Source of the DNA: Cyanophora paradoxa CCMP329
Taxonomy: Eukaryota; Plantae; Glaucophyta
Direction of reading: 5' to 3'
NCBI GenBank assembly: GCA_004431415.1
Contig: QPMI01000222.1
Span: 62,001-126,000, forward strand
Length of the DNA: 64,000 nucleotides
Numbering within the stretch: position 1 is the first letter of the stretch; the number at the start of each line of letters is the position of its first letter. The notes below the pieces were generated by a model. The model had not been told where the DNA came from. It made no database searches and saw only the letters and a list, made by a program, of their open reading frames with translations. This document shows, in pieces, positions 25,019 through 37,473 of the stretch. The position numbers and the translations under genes are program-made.

Positions 25019-26147
25019 CTAGCTAGGCCTAGGGTCGTGCAGCTGCAGAAACGTCGGAGCGACGGCCGCAGCGGGCGTCAAACCAAGCGCGGGATCGACG
25101 TCGGGGGCTGCCCGCGGCCGCTCCCCGCGTGCTCCGCGGCCGCGGCTGCCTCCCGGCAGCGCCGGCCAAGGGGGAGGGCCTAGGGGAGGGGCCGCCGCCG
25201 GCCGCTGCTCGAGCTCGCCCCGCGACGAGGACGCCACGGCCAGGGGGGAGCCCCCGTCAAGGGGTACGATGACGGGGCGCGAGTCCGCGAAGGGCGGGCT
25301 GGGGGGGGTCGGCGGGCGCCGCGCCCCGGGCTTCCCGTCCGGATCGAAGGGCGGCGGGTCGCCGGCACTCGCGCGGCGGGCCTCCGGGCTGCCAATCGGG
25401 TCCGGATCCGGACCCGCTCGAAGGTCCTCGCGATCATGATCAGGCGGCAGAGCGCCAGCCGCCCCGCGCGGCGGAGGTCGAGCCGGCCCGTGCGCGTAGG
25501 CGCCGGCGCCCCGCGCCGGGGCCCGCGCAGCCTCCGCATCGCTCCCCTCCTCCAAGTCCTGCATGGCCCCATGTCCAGCCCCGAAATCAGAATTATATGT
25601 GTCGTCTATGACGAGCACGGCTGCGCGTGGGGCTGCGGCCGCGTTCGCGCGGGCACCGCACCTCGACGGAGGCTCTCCGGCGCAGGGGCCCGGGTACCGG
25701 TCCGAGCGTCCCCGAAAGGGCCTCAGAGGCGGAGGGTTCGTGGGGGGGCGGAGAGGAGCGGTCGGTCGCCGCCACTCGCCCGCCCGGCCCGCGGCGGATC
25801 CGGAGGCGCGACGCGATCATCTGCGCATTTACAAACCGCTTACTTGGGGGCAAAGGGCAAAGTAGCAAGTAAAAGGGGCGCGGGCCGGGCCCGGAGGCGG
25901 AGCGCACGCGGGCGGCGCCGGCGAGGCGCCCCGAGGCCTTGTAGACGCCCAGCACGTTCGTGAGGGCCAGCATCGAGACCTGGCGGCGGGACAGGGGGGA
26001 GGGGGGGGGGGGGGGGGGGCGGAGACACGAGGCAGAGCGTGAGAGGAGATAAAGGGCGAAGGGGGCGAAGGGGGAGGGGTAGGAAAGGGGGTGGAAGGGG
26101 AAGGGGGAAGGGGAGAAGGGGGGAAAGAGGGGGGAGAGGTGATGTGT

Positions 26148-26178
<31 letters not shown>

Positions 26179-27413
26179 GGGGGGGGGCGGGGGAGGGAGG
26201 AGGGAGGGCGGAGGAAGAAGCGAGGGTAAGGAGGCGGGGGGGGGGGGGGGAGGGGGGAAGGAGGCGGGGGGGTACAGGGGCGCGCCGAGAGGCCGAGGAT
26301 GAGGTTTGGCGTGTTGGTGCGGCGGTGGTGGATGTACCCCCTTCGCCCCACCGCTATGATTCGCCACCTGCGCGCGGAGCAAGTGGAACCGTGAATTCGA
26401 ATCGAAATCGCAGGGCAAAAGACATGTAACGGGGTATATATGCGGGGTACGGATCCCGGGCACGCCTGCGGTCCGCTGCGGCGAAATCGTCCTGCTCCCG
26501 TATGTCGCCCTGCAGCGAATCGGGGTGCGACGCGCTGAGCGAAGCAAACGTGTAATCCCCCGAATCGATGTTTCCTGCACGCGCATGCGTGGATCACGAT
26601 CACGATCAGGGTGCGGAGGCCGGCGGCCGTGGGCGGGCGGGCCGGGGCCTGTACCGTCAGAGATCCCGGCGAGGTGCGCGAGGAACGCCGGGGGGGAGCT
26701 GGTAACCTGTGACCGAGCTCAGCGGCTTGCCCCGCGGGTCCCGCTATATATATGTATTTACGACCACCTCTCCGTCCTAGCGATCGCTGTACCCCCGCCC
26801 CCGCCCCAGCTGTACCCAGCGCACGTCGTAGAGGAAGAGGTCGAGGTTCTCGAGGGTGATACCCCCCGCGCTCGCCGCCAGCATCTCGTCCAGCTTGTAC
26901 ACGACGTCTGGGAGGGGGGGATCAGCAGCCGAAAGGGAGGGGGAGGGAGGGTAGCCGGGGCGGGGGGGGGGGGGAAGGGCAAAGGGGAGGAGATAGGGGC
27001 GGGGACGGGGGGCGAGGGGGAGGAGGGGGGGGTGGGAACTAAAATTTCAGCCTTCTTTTCCAATGGGGAAGTGAGTTGCAATGGGGAAGGCACCGATGAA
27101 GGAGTGAAGGCTGTCGGCCCCGCGGAAGGGGCGCCCCACGCGCCCCGTCCCCGCATCGAAGAAAAGGGGTTCGAAGACTGCGCGGGCCAAGCCGAGGTCG
27201 GCGTCAGCACTGGCCGAGCGCGTGCGGTCCCGGGGCCATTGTGGGATTGGAAGCCGGAGCCGGCAGCCCCGCTCCGAAGCCGGCGAGCGTCACGCGCGCG
27301 AGCGGGGGCGGGGTACCTATGACGCCATACTGCCGCTTCGTCGACTGCACAAGCGTGATCCTGCGCATTATTAGTGACTCCGAGGCTCAAAACAAATCCT
27401 GAAAGGGGTTGGG

Positions 27414-27457
<44 letters not shown>

Positions 27458-29942
27458 CCTCGGTGTGCAGGCCTGGGCGCCGGTGGTGCGCGCCTTGTCG
27501 ATCGCCGCCCGCCGCTCGGCGTTGCTGTACAGGTCGAAACCGAGCTGCGAAGGTTGAAGCGGTGCTCAAGGTCAGCAACGCTAAAGACAGCCGAACGGGC
27601 AAGCTGCGGGGCGCATGCACCGCAGCCTCGTTTCCCTTGTACGGCTCGATGAACTGCGCGGGAGCCTTCTTGGTCAGCTCAGCTCGGACCCTCATCTACA
27701 CAGCTATATATAGATCTAGATCTCGCGCGCGTGCGTCGGCCGCGGGCACCTGGACGGGGAAGTAGAGGGGCCGGCCGCCGGCCCGCACGAGGCTGTTGTT
27801 CGAGTCCCGCTCCGTCCACTGGAAGCCCGGCCTGTACCTGCGCATGCCGAGGCCCCCGCCCGCTCGCGATTTGGCCCAGTGGGCCAGAGGAATGACCGCC
27901 ACCGGCGCGTGTGTATAATTTATAAACCCCCGCCTCCCGCTTTGGTGAGGCCTATTTAATTAGGGCGATGCTATAGCGAGATCTAGAGCTTCCGAACCTA
28001 GAGCGGCGCGCCCGTTTCTGGCTTCCTGCTAATGAGGAAGCTCCGGCTCTAAAGCTAGATATTTATTGATCTAGATCTAGATCTAGATCGGCCCCCCCCC
28101 CGCGAGGAATCCGCGTCGCGCATGCGCATGCGCACGCTCGGCCTTCGGCCTCGTAAAGGGCGCGGTTCGACGGGGTCCCGACGGGTACGTACGCCACCCC
28201 TTGCATCGCCCTGCGCGGGGGGGGGGGGGGCAGGGGAGGGGGGGGGGGGGCGGGAGGTTAGGGGGCGAAGGGGAAAGTTGAAGCGGGCGGTGGGATGGGG
28301 GGGGGGGGGCAAAAAGGGGGGGGGCGGGCTCTTGGGGGGAGGGAGTAGGATTGAGACGGATGGCAGGCATCTCAATAGAGGGGAGGGGGGAAAGAGGAAG
28401 GAGCCGAGGGGAGGGGGGGGGGATTAAGAGAGAGAGACTCGGAGGGGATTGGGGTGCGGGGGCGGGGGAGAGGGGGCCGGGGGGGGGGGGGGGGGGGGGA
28501 GGATGAAGGATGAGGGGCAGGGCATCTTAAGAGGGAATGGAGGGGTTGGAGGGGTACGGGGCTCGCGCACGGGGATCTCCAGTACCGGTCCGGGTTCGCG
28601 AAATCAGCGAACTCGCTCCGCGACACGGAGCTGCGCGCGGGCGCCCTTAAGAACACCAAACAAATAACAAATTTCATATCATTTATATTAATGGATGCCG
28701 CTTCTTAGCTTAGCTTATGATGATGGCCATGGGCCAGTCGCCCGGGACGGCCGCGCGCGGGCCGCGGCCGGAGATTTAGATCTAGAGCGGGCGGGGGCGC
28801 CGGCGGACCCATTCTGTGTCACGTAATGGTTCGCCATGAGCTCGAGGTACTGCGGACGCGGACGGAAGGGCGCGTGGAGGCGTCACCATAAGCCTCACTA
28901 CGAATTCGAAGGGCCCAAACGTTAACGAAGGGAAAGGGGGTACCATCAGGCTCCGGGTCCACTGATTCTCAACGGCTTGGATGGCCTGCGCCGGACAGTG
29001 TCGTATTTTCAGCGGCGGCGCGTCGGGCCGGCCGCGGGCCCGGGGGCGGCGCGCGCGCATTCTCGGCGGTCGCAAGAAAGAAGAGCCTGGCCAGCTGTTC
29101 CTCATCGTTGATCATCAACCGGTACTGCGCAGCGAGGCGGGTCGATCGCGAGCTGGATCGCAGCCCCGGGGGCCGGCCCGGGCCAGGCCGGGGCGGCGGC
29201 GGCGGCCGCGGCGGCGGCGCTTCAGATTTAATTCGAAGAGGGCAGTCGCACCTTTAGGTACGTGAGGCCGCACGCGAAGGCGAGGAAAGCAAAGGTGAGG
29301 GCCGGCCGCACGTACAGCTTGTACCTGCGTTCGCAGGCCGCCGTTAACGTTTTCAGAGAACGTCTATCCGATAATTAAATATTTAATTTCAGCTGCAGGG
29401 GCTCGCGATGAAGGCCTATATAGCTAGCTATAGGAATAATTAAGCGCTCACTTGCGGCGGCCCTCGCGCAGAGCCTCGATCCGCGCCAGACGCGTGAAGC
29501 TGATGACCGACGACGCGGACCGGAGCTCCCCGGCACCGGCACCCGTAACGGCGACGCCTCGAGCTCCGGCGCTTCGGCCGGCGGCGGCGGCCGGCGCCGC
29601 GGCCGCGGCCGCGCCGAAAGCATCCCTCCGCCCCGGGCGTGGGCTGATGCAGATGGGCCGCCCCGTCGCGGGCGAGGCGTAAACGATGCTCTGACTCCCG
29701 CGGCGGGAACTGGCGGCGCTCTTCGCCAAGGCCGGCGCGGCCTCGGGCGCATGCAATTGCAGGCGCGGCCGCAGGGCATCGTCTGCGTCCGGCTGCAGCT
29801 GCGCGGCAGCAGCCCGCGCTGTCCGCGCGTGACCCACGTGTTCCTCGTCAAATCCAATGCTGTCGTCAGCTGTCGCCGCGGCCATATGCATCGAGCAGTT
29901 GCGCATGCAGCGGCCGCGGAGGCTCAACCGGCGAGGTTGCAA
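25019..29942 (-). CDS. CHASE-domain membrane receptor (TM-CHASE-TM-disordered tail), multi-exon
   Basis: TM1 PALTFAFLAFACGLT; CHASE pieces SVSRSEFADFA, MQGVAYVPVGTPSNRALYEAEGR, FQWTERDSNNSLVRAGGRPLYFP, FIEPYKGNEAALGFDLYSNAERRAAIDKARTTG, RITLVQSTKRQYGVI, VVYKLDEML...LDLFLYD, RRWRIIAV; TM2 LILGLSVSMLALTNVLGVY. Start codon uncertain (29942 or 29885). Confidence 0.8.
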
Positions 29943-30659
29943 CGTAGACTGCAGCTAAGATGTTATAATCATCTGCCGCTGCTGATCGAATGCTCTTGAT
30001 CTTGACCGGCGGTTTGGGCCATATACATGCATATGCATGTCCATGGGCGGCCCACGGGCCACGGCGCGCGGGTCACCGCGCGCGCGCTGCCATGGCCATG
30101 GCCATGGCCAGCTGCAGGCTGAGTGTGAAGCCAACTCGGTGTGCGTACTAGTAAGCGGCGAGATACAGCAGCTGAGCCGCTCAGCGGCGACAGCGCTGAG
30201 GAGCGTCGTCCGCTTCCGACCGTCCGAAGCACTGCGGCAGCCGCTGCTGCAATGCAGCTGCAGCCCCCTTCGAGGGACCGGTACCGTACCCGGGACTCCC
30301 GCAGTCTCCCGCGGGCCGCAGCGCAGTCTCCGGGGACTGTCACGGTAAGTTGCAGAACTTGCGCATGCAGGCGCCCGCTGCGGCGCCGCCCGGGCCCGAA
30401 AGGACGCGGGATTCCGGGTCCAATTTCCGGATTACCAGTATACGTACTAGTAGGCTAGTAGTAGCCTCAACGGGCGCGATACGTACCCCGGTACCCGGCC
30501 GGCGTTTTTTAATTTTGCAGCAAAATCGATTCATTCGATTCGGTTCCGATCAATTTCAAGTTACCGGGTACCGGTACGTTCCGGCCCAACTTCCGGGCGC
30601 CGCCGCCGCGGCGGCGGCCGGCATGCGCACTGCGCCCCAGCACGGCCCGCCGGGCCGGC

Positions 30660-31225
30660 ACTGAAGTAACAGTAGTACAATGAACTATAGTACCTTTTCA
30701 CCACAGTACCAGGCCAGGCTGGGAAATTGCAACTCGGCGGCCGACGCTTACCTTTTGCTGCCAAATTTGACATTTGGGACCTGCGAACTACGGCTGGTCT
30801 GAGCTTGGAGAAGCAAAAAAATGCCACTGGAAACCTTGCCCAATGGTGTATTTGTCCATTTCATTTGTTGAGTAGTAAAAAAACAAGCGGTTCCAGCCCG
30901 CATAGTACTGTGGTTTCGTGTACCCAGGGGACCCTTTCGCTGGCGGAAAAGGCCAATCGTTTACTACAGCGAGTCGAGTCAAAAAGCTTCAGTCTGAAAC
31001 TCGGGCGATTTGGTGATTGGACGCTTTAAATCAAAAAGGCCGGGTACGTCAAAATTTATTACTACGGCGAGTCGAGTCAAAAAGCCCCAGTCGGAAACTC
31101 GAGCGATTTGGTGATTGGTCAATTTAAATCCATGGGCTTATAGCTAGCGCTGTACATGTACGGTCTGTACCCAGCTAGCAAGCGGGGGGGGTGCGGGGGG
31201 GCGGAGCCCCCCTGCTTGTTACTAT
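30660..31225. mobile_element. Possible non-autonomous element remnant (lower-GC block, subterminal repeats, terminal GC hairpin)
   Basis: Composition differs from the flanks; contains the 98-bp-period repeats; ends in a GGGGGGC-GGA-GCCCCCC hairpin inside CAAGC...GCTTG (31179-31218). No transposase or TSD seen. Confidence 0.3.
30961..31130. repeat. Two ~72-bp direct repeats, period 98 bp
   Basis: ttactac(a/g)gcgagtcgagtcaaaaagc...gaaactcg(g/a)gcgatttggtgattgg...tttaaatc at 30961 and 31059. Confidence 0.9.
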
Positions 31226-31949
31226 AAGTTACTTGCAAAGTTCCAAATTTGCAGCTTCCGATTCAAGTTCCGAAGTTCCGAAGTTCCGCCGGCGCCGGCA
31301 CGCCGCGGTGACGGGTCACCGGGTGACGGGCCGCGGCCGCGCCGCACGGCGCCGCACGGGCCGGCACGGCGCGTGATTCCGTTCCGGATTCCGCGTGAAC
31401 CACGTGCACTGCGACCAGCTCACTGTCAGCGGCTGCATGCGCAGGGCGCCAGCCGCAGGCTGCAGCTGCACGTACGTAAATATACGTCGAGTCGGCGGGG
31501 ACTCGAGCTCGCGATCGGCCGGCGCTGGCCGCGCGGGCGCCGCGCGGGCGGAGCGATGCCGTGCTCGATTTCCGATTTCGATCGATGTATGTCGCGATAT
31601 CGATATCGCTAGAGCGCTCGCGATAACCTGGAGGGCAATGCAGCCTACATATATTTATATATTTACACGCATATACGCCATTACACGCAGGCCGCCCCCT
31701 AATTATAACTAGCAGACCGCGCCCGGCCCTGTGCAAGAGTGGCAAGTGCGGGCCACGCGCGGAGGTGCAAGGGGGGTACTGGTACACATTGCAGGGTACT
31801 TAGGGTGGAGGGGGGGGGGCGGAAGGGGGGGGGAGGGGGGAGGGGGCAGAGAGGCAAGGCTGGCTGCCGGGCGAGGCGGGCGGGGTGGCGAGGCGGGCAG
31901 GTGGGGTGGCGTCGCGGCGGCGGGACCGGGCAGGCAGGCAGGCGAAGGC

Positions 31950-32395
31950 GGCGGCGGGCAGGGAAGCGGGCGGAGGGGCAGGTGGCGCCGGGCCCTGCGC
32001 ATAGCCTGCACATACGCAGAGCCGAGGCGTCAGCTCGCCCCGGACAGCGGCCGTGCGGGGGCGGGGCCCAGCGGGGGCGGCCGGGCCAGGTGCGCGGCAG
32101 CAGCGGCGGAGCGAACCTGGAGTCGACGACGCTGGAGCAGCCGGCAAGCCTAGGGCGCCGGCGGCGGGCGGGGAAGCGGGCGGAGGGGCAGGTGGCGCCG
32201 GGCCCTGCGCATAGCCTGCACATACGCAGAGCCGAGGCGTCAGCTCGCCCCGGAAAGCGGCCGTGCGGGGGCGGGGCCCAGCGGGGGCGGCCGGGCCAGG
32301 TGCGCGGCAGCAGCGGCGGAGCGAACCTGGAGTCGACGACGCTGAAGCAACCGGCAGGGCGGCGGGCGGGGAAGCGAGCGGAGGGGCAGGTGGCC
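31950..32395. repeat. GC-rich tandem repeat, about 2.2 copies of a ~200-210 bp unit
   Basis: gggaagcg(g/a)gcggaggggcaggtggc at 31961, 32171 and 32369; the first two units are nearly identical. Confidence 0.9.
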
Positions 32396-33749
32396 TAGGG
32401 CCTAGGGCCTAGGGCCGAGGCGCCAGCGCGCTCTGGAGAGCGGCGGCGCGGGGGCGAGGCCCAGTGGCGCCGGCTAGCTCGGCCCAGCTGCAGCGAATAC
32501 TGCGGGCGCTGGGGCGCTGGCCGCGGGTCAAGACACGCGCGCGTGGCGTTGAGGGCTAGCTATCTAGGCCTAGGCGTTCACTCGTACGCGTGCGAGGCCT
32601 AGGCGGCCCGCCGCGGCGCGGCTAGGCTGCGCCGTACTTGCAATTGCTCACCGGCATGACAGCTCATTGTGACTGCGCTTGAGGGTCTAGACATATCGAT
32701 ATCGATATCTAAATCTTAGCTGGAGTCTGCTTGAACCGGAGTTCGTCAGAAACCGAGAGCGAAGCTTAAGGCGGAACGCCGCGGCCCGAGCTCGAGGCCG
32801 CAGCCGGAATTCGAAGCGCACCGGAACGCGGCGTCGCGAGCAGAGCTGCGCATGCGAGCTCGTGCACATGTAACAGCTGCTTCGCTTGCTGCTTCTTCGC
32901 TTGCCATGGCCACCTGCTCCATTCCCCCCTGCTCCATTCCCCCCTGCTCCATTCCCCCCTGCTCCGGCTTGAAGCACGGGTACTGCAACACGATATCGGC
33001 CGAAACTCTCGGGAGCGCTTTTTTTCGGCGCCCGGTACAACAGGTACTTGAGGCGGCCTAGCGCGCGACGCGCCGCTTCTCGAGCCAAGGCATGTATGAC
33101 AGAGTTTGTAGAGCGCATTTAGAGCAATCAGGAGCACGTGGTTTGGCGCATATAGCAATAGCAGGTGAGGAGCGGCTTCGACATGTTTGCGCAGCCCCGC
33201 CATTGCATTTTTTCCGCCGCTCGCAGCGGCTATGGTGCGATCACACCTATACGAGAGTGCATGCAAAGAATCTCATCTTACAAAAATTGCTAACACAGAA
33301 AGTACGCCGCACCAATTCACCAGGGGAGCAAGGGAGGGGGTACCCCCCCTTGCAATCATGCTCAAAGCAAATTCAAGCCTTCAAGGCTGAAGAGGGATGC
33401 ATATGATCTTAACAGCAATGAGCTGATCGTGATATATACATGATACAGTATATACGGCGCCGGCTGGCCACGGTTACATGCATATGCAACTACGTGTACA
33501 ATGGAAATTTCACCGACGCGCGCTCGGGGCGCCTGGCGAGCTAAGCTCCGAAGAGACCGGCGCCGGGCCCCCCCGGTCCGATCCCGCGGCCGCCGCGGCC
33601 GCGCGGAGCGGCAGTTGCAATTGCGGCGGGTGCTGCACCGCCCGCGTTGTGGCTGCTCAGTTTCAGCGTCGGCTTTCCCTGCGCAATGTTAATTTACATT
33701 TCGATCATTTCTTTGCGTTCCCTCGATCGGTCACGATTGCGATTGAGCG

Positions 33750-36512
33750 CTAGCGCGCGCGCGGGTTGCGCATGCGCGCGGGCTGCTCTATAGCTAGATC
33801 TAGACTCAGATCCAGCTTCTTAACGCTTCTCGCCGGCTTCTCAAAGCTTCTATGAAGCTTCTCGCCGAGCTGCACGGGGCGAACGTAGATCCAGGGGTTG
33901 TTGCCGAGGCTCTCCAGAAGGTCAAGGAAGGTTCCGTAGCTGCGAACGAAGTTTGATTTATTGGAGGGCTGACATGTGCAGCTAGCGCTCGACCGCGAGA
34001 TTCAGATCTCGATCTAGATCGAACACACACGCACGTATAAGCGTTGCAATCGATATATATATCGCCGACGCGTAAACGTCAATTGCAACGTTATAGATCA
34101 ATTGCAACTGTACCGTAGTACGTACAGTAACGTACTCCACGCGCGTGCACGTGCACGTGCACGCGCGTGGGCTATACCGGTAGCTAGCGCTAGAAATGCA
34201 CACGAACTGCCTGCGGCGGCGGACACAGCACGCGCGCAGGCTGGGCTATAAATTAAATAACTAGCCTTGAAGCTCGCGATTGATCGAGCTTCCAATATAA
34301 ATTATATAGCTCGAGGCTGAATATAGCTCGAGCTTCCGATATTAATTCGAGCTCGCGATCGGCGGGCGGGCGGGCGCGCGCACAAGGCGAGGAGGGCGAC
34401 GGCAAAGGCGAAGGCCCCCGCCACGGCGTCCACGCCCCTCCGCCCGCTGCGCCTCCGGTCGTGATCATGATCATCGGCGCGAATCGTAGTTAATTATAGT
34501 AGGAGGCCTAGGCCTAGGAATACTAATTATAATCGCGCTGCAGCTGGCCACACGCATGGCCGGGGGAATTCGAAGGGTCGGGCCGAGCTCGAGCCGGGCG
34601 GGGCGGGGGCGCGCGCCTGAAGTCCCCCGCGGCAAGGAAGGCGAAGGTGAGGAAGATGAGGCCCAGCAGCACTGCCGGCGCGAATAGTATTCAGCTTAAG
34701 CTTATTATATAATAAAGCTGAAGTCTCGGCTCATGATAAAGCTTGAGTCTCGGCTAAGGCTGTAATAAATCTTAAGATGAGGCTCAGCAGCACTGCGAGC
34801 TCGAATACTATTAGCTGGAAGGGATGTTAGTATTAGTGAGGAGGGGTGGCGAAGGTCCGGCTCTTACCCGATGCGAATCGCGATGCTCTTACGCTTATAT
34901 ATTATGTACTAAAGCTTAAGTCTCGGCTCATTAGGTTAATAAAGCTGTAATGAAGCTGCACGGTTTATGTAGCGGCTGCGGCGAAAGGAGGCGAGGAAGA
35001 GGACGAGGGAGAATAGCGTCCACGCGAAGTGCTGGATCCCTGAGCGAACGAAGTTTTAATATATACCCGCGCGAGCGTGAAGCGAAACTGCTTCTGATTT
35101 AGTCATAAACGAGCTGAAAGACGGGGCAGGGGCGTGGGCGCGGGGGAGGGGGGGGAAGAGGGGGAAGAGGGGGGAGGGGGGGGGGGGGGGACAGGGGCGA
35201 GGCGGGCCGTTGGCGCGTCCTCGTTCGGCGGGGGGGATCAGTGGGACGACAACGAGATCGAAGTAGGCGAATTCGATCCACGCCAGCCTGCGGTCGCGGG
35301 ATTCGAATTCATTACCTTAGTACACGTACTGCGAATTGTTTGGAGGAATTTCGCGCCGAAATAAGTCAGAGGCGCCGAAATTAAATAACTCAGAGATCTC
35401 ATGTCTTTGACTTTAGATCTTATGCCTTCGAAAAAATCTAGAAATAGTTCATACCTAGATTTTCAGCTCTAGAAATAAGTCAGTGACGCCCTCGAAAACA
35501 TCTAGAATTCGAAATAGTTCATGTCTAGATCTTCAGCTCTAGAAATAACTCAGCGACGTTGTCCTCGAAATCCTGTCCCCCCCCCCCCCCCCCCTCCCGC
35601 ACCCGAGCGCACCCAAAGCCGATGAAAGCGACAGCCGCGAACGTGTCGAGAACTACGATCGACCAGAGCCCAGCTGCGCGAAATTAAAATCGGCCGCGGC
35701 CGGCGGGATCAATATTAATTATGAGTCATGATCATGAGCATATATGCATGTTTATCAGATATCGATGCGCTGCAGCTGTGCGTCCGATGGTCGTGATCAA
35801 TCAAAATAAGCATGCGCAGCGCACCCAGAATCTGCCCGAGACCCGCCACAAAAAACCCGTGCGTGATGAGGATGACCCCGTGGAAGCTCGGGTCCAGCAG
35901 CCGCGTCTGAATTCGAACGTGCACGTGCGCTTTGAATTAATTGCGAGAGTCATGATTCAAAATCTGGGCACGAATCGAAGGGAGGATCGAACGCACTCTC
36001 AAGGCTCCGTAAATCACTAGCGGCACCTATTTCGCGGCGAATCAGAATTTGCGAGAAATCGGCTTGCGAAATATGCGTGCGCAAGTTCGAATCCAGCGCT
36101 CACGGCAAGCATGGGCAGACCGAGGGCCGCCGGCTGCGGGCGCGAGAATATTATTAATTATGGAGGCCGGCGCCAATTAAAGATATCGATATCGATGTGC
36201 AGGGCCGCCGGACTTGATCTCAAGATCATGAATGATCGGCTCACGTAAGCAAGGGCGCGCGGCTGCTCCTGCGATACGCCAGCTGGCGATGGGGCGTTAA
36301 GCAGGTCGATAATTATAATCAAAGGCGCGCGCTGGACGTCGAGGGCGCCGGCGCGCACTCGGGGACTCGAGCACGTCGCCCTCCTCCTGTATGGCGGCGC
36401 GGGAGAGCTTCCGCTCGACGAGGCGCGCCGTCGGCACGGGGAAGCCGAGCCGATCCTCCGTCGCGCTCCCGCGCCGCGCGCTCGCTCGGCTCCTCGGGCG
36501 CGGCGCTTCCAT
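33750..36512 (-). CDS. GPR1/FUN34/YaaH (SatP/Ady2-type) acetate/ammonium transporter
   Basis: Exons give MEAPRPRS...; PAALGL (family NPAPLGL signature); GFFVAGLGQILAGLWSIVVLDTFAAVAFIGFG; WTLFSLVLFLASFRRS; LLGLIFLTFAFLAAGDF; VAGAFAFAVALLA; YGTFLDLLESLGNNPWIYVRPV. Stop at 33752-33750. Confidence 0.85.
35355..35570. repeat. Degenerate AT-rich intronic tandem repeat (~75 bp units)
   Basis: Repeated gaaatagttcat...ctagat...ttcagctctagaaataa(g/c)tcag...ctcgaaa inside an intron of the GPR1/FUN34 gene. Confidence 0.75.
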
Positions 36513-37473
36513 TTCACAATCTCGAGCTCGCGATCGCAATATTAATTGCAAGCCCCCCTAACGTCGGACGCCCCGAGCTCCCCTGGACGCCGAGCTCGAG
36601 AATTCAAGAGCTCCCCTTAAATAATTAGGCCGGCGCCTTCGAAAAAATCCATCTTGGATCTTATATATGCATGCGCATGCGCAAACGCTTATATGGGCAC
36701 GTGCACGGCAGCTGATCATGACGCGGGGAGAGCTCGCCGCGGCGGACGCGGGCGCGCCGGCGCCGCTGGCGCCGGCGGAGCCTCATAAGGGCATGCGCAT
36801 ATGGGGGTGGTTATCGATATCGATGAAACTTTGAAACACGTGCACACGTACGCCTAAATTAGCGCTAGCGCTGGCCATGGCGCCGGTACGTATCGCGACG
36901 GATATTTATATAATAAAAATATAATGTAATATAATCGATCACCTTCCCGCGAGGTATATGGCCATGCCGCAGTGCATATGGCCCGCGTGGAGGGGTTGAT
37001 AATAACTTGATATCGATATAGATTGCAATTGATCATGAGCCTTTGAGGACGGTCGTGGGGCCCTACGGCTGCGGTTACTGTACCCAGCTCAGGCTGCTTC
37101 GCCTACCCCCCAATTGCGAGCTCTCGCGCACACCACTTCTCCAGCAGACGAGATTCGCTACTCAGCTTGTAGCACCTGACCGAGAACACCTCGAGGCAGC
37201 TGCAGCCTGCAGCTCGAACGCCGTGCGCCGCGATCCGCGTTCCGGATCCTCCGCAGTCGAGCCGATAGCTATAGAACGCCGCTCTTTCACCGAAACACCC
37301 AATAGCTGAACGGCCGGAGCTGGGCCTGCGCGGCCGCGCGCGGTACCGGCCGCGGTGCGCGGGATTCAGGATCCATTGTCGACCGGTACCTCTTGGTCTA
37401 GTTCCTAGTCAGACGGCAGCGGCTTCTTTGATCTCTTTTACGGCGGCCCGGCGGCCCGCGGCCGGTCGGCGCG

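Noticed and set aside
32687-33406. Short lower-GC ORFs with a 15-bp GGMEQ/AGGNG repeat as a gene or transposase
   Set aside because: No recognisable motif and no consistent splice path; at most a degraded fragment.
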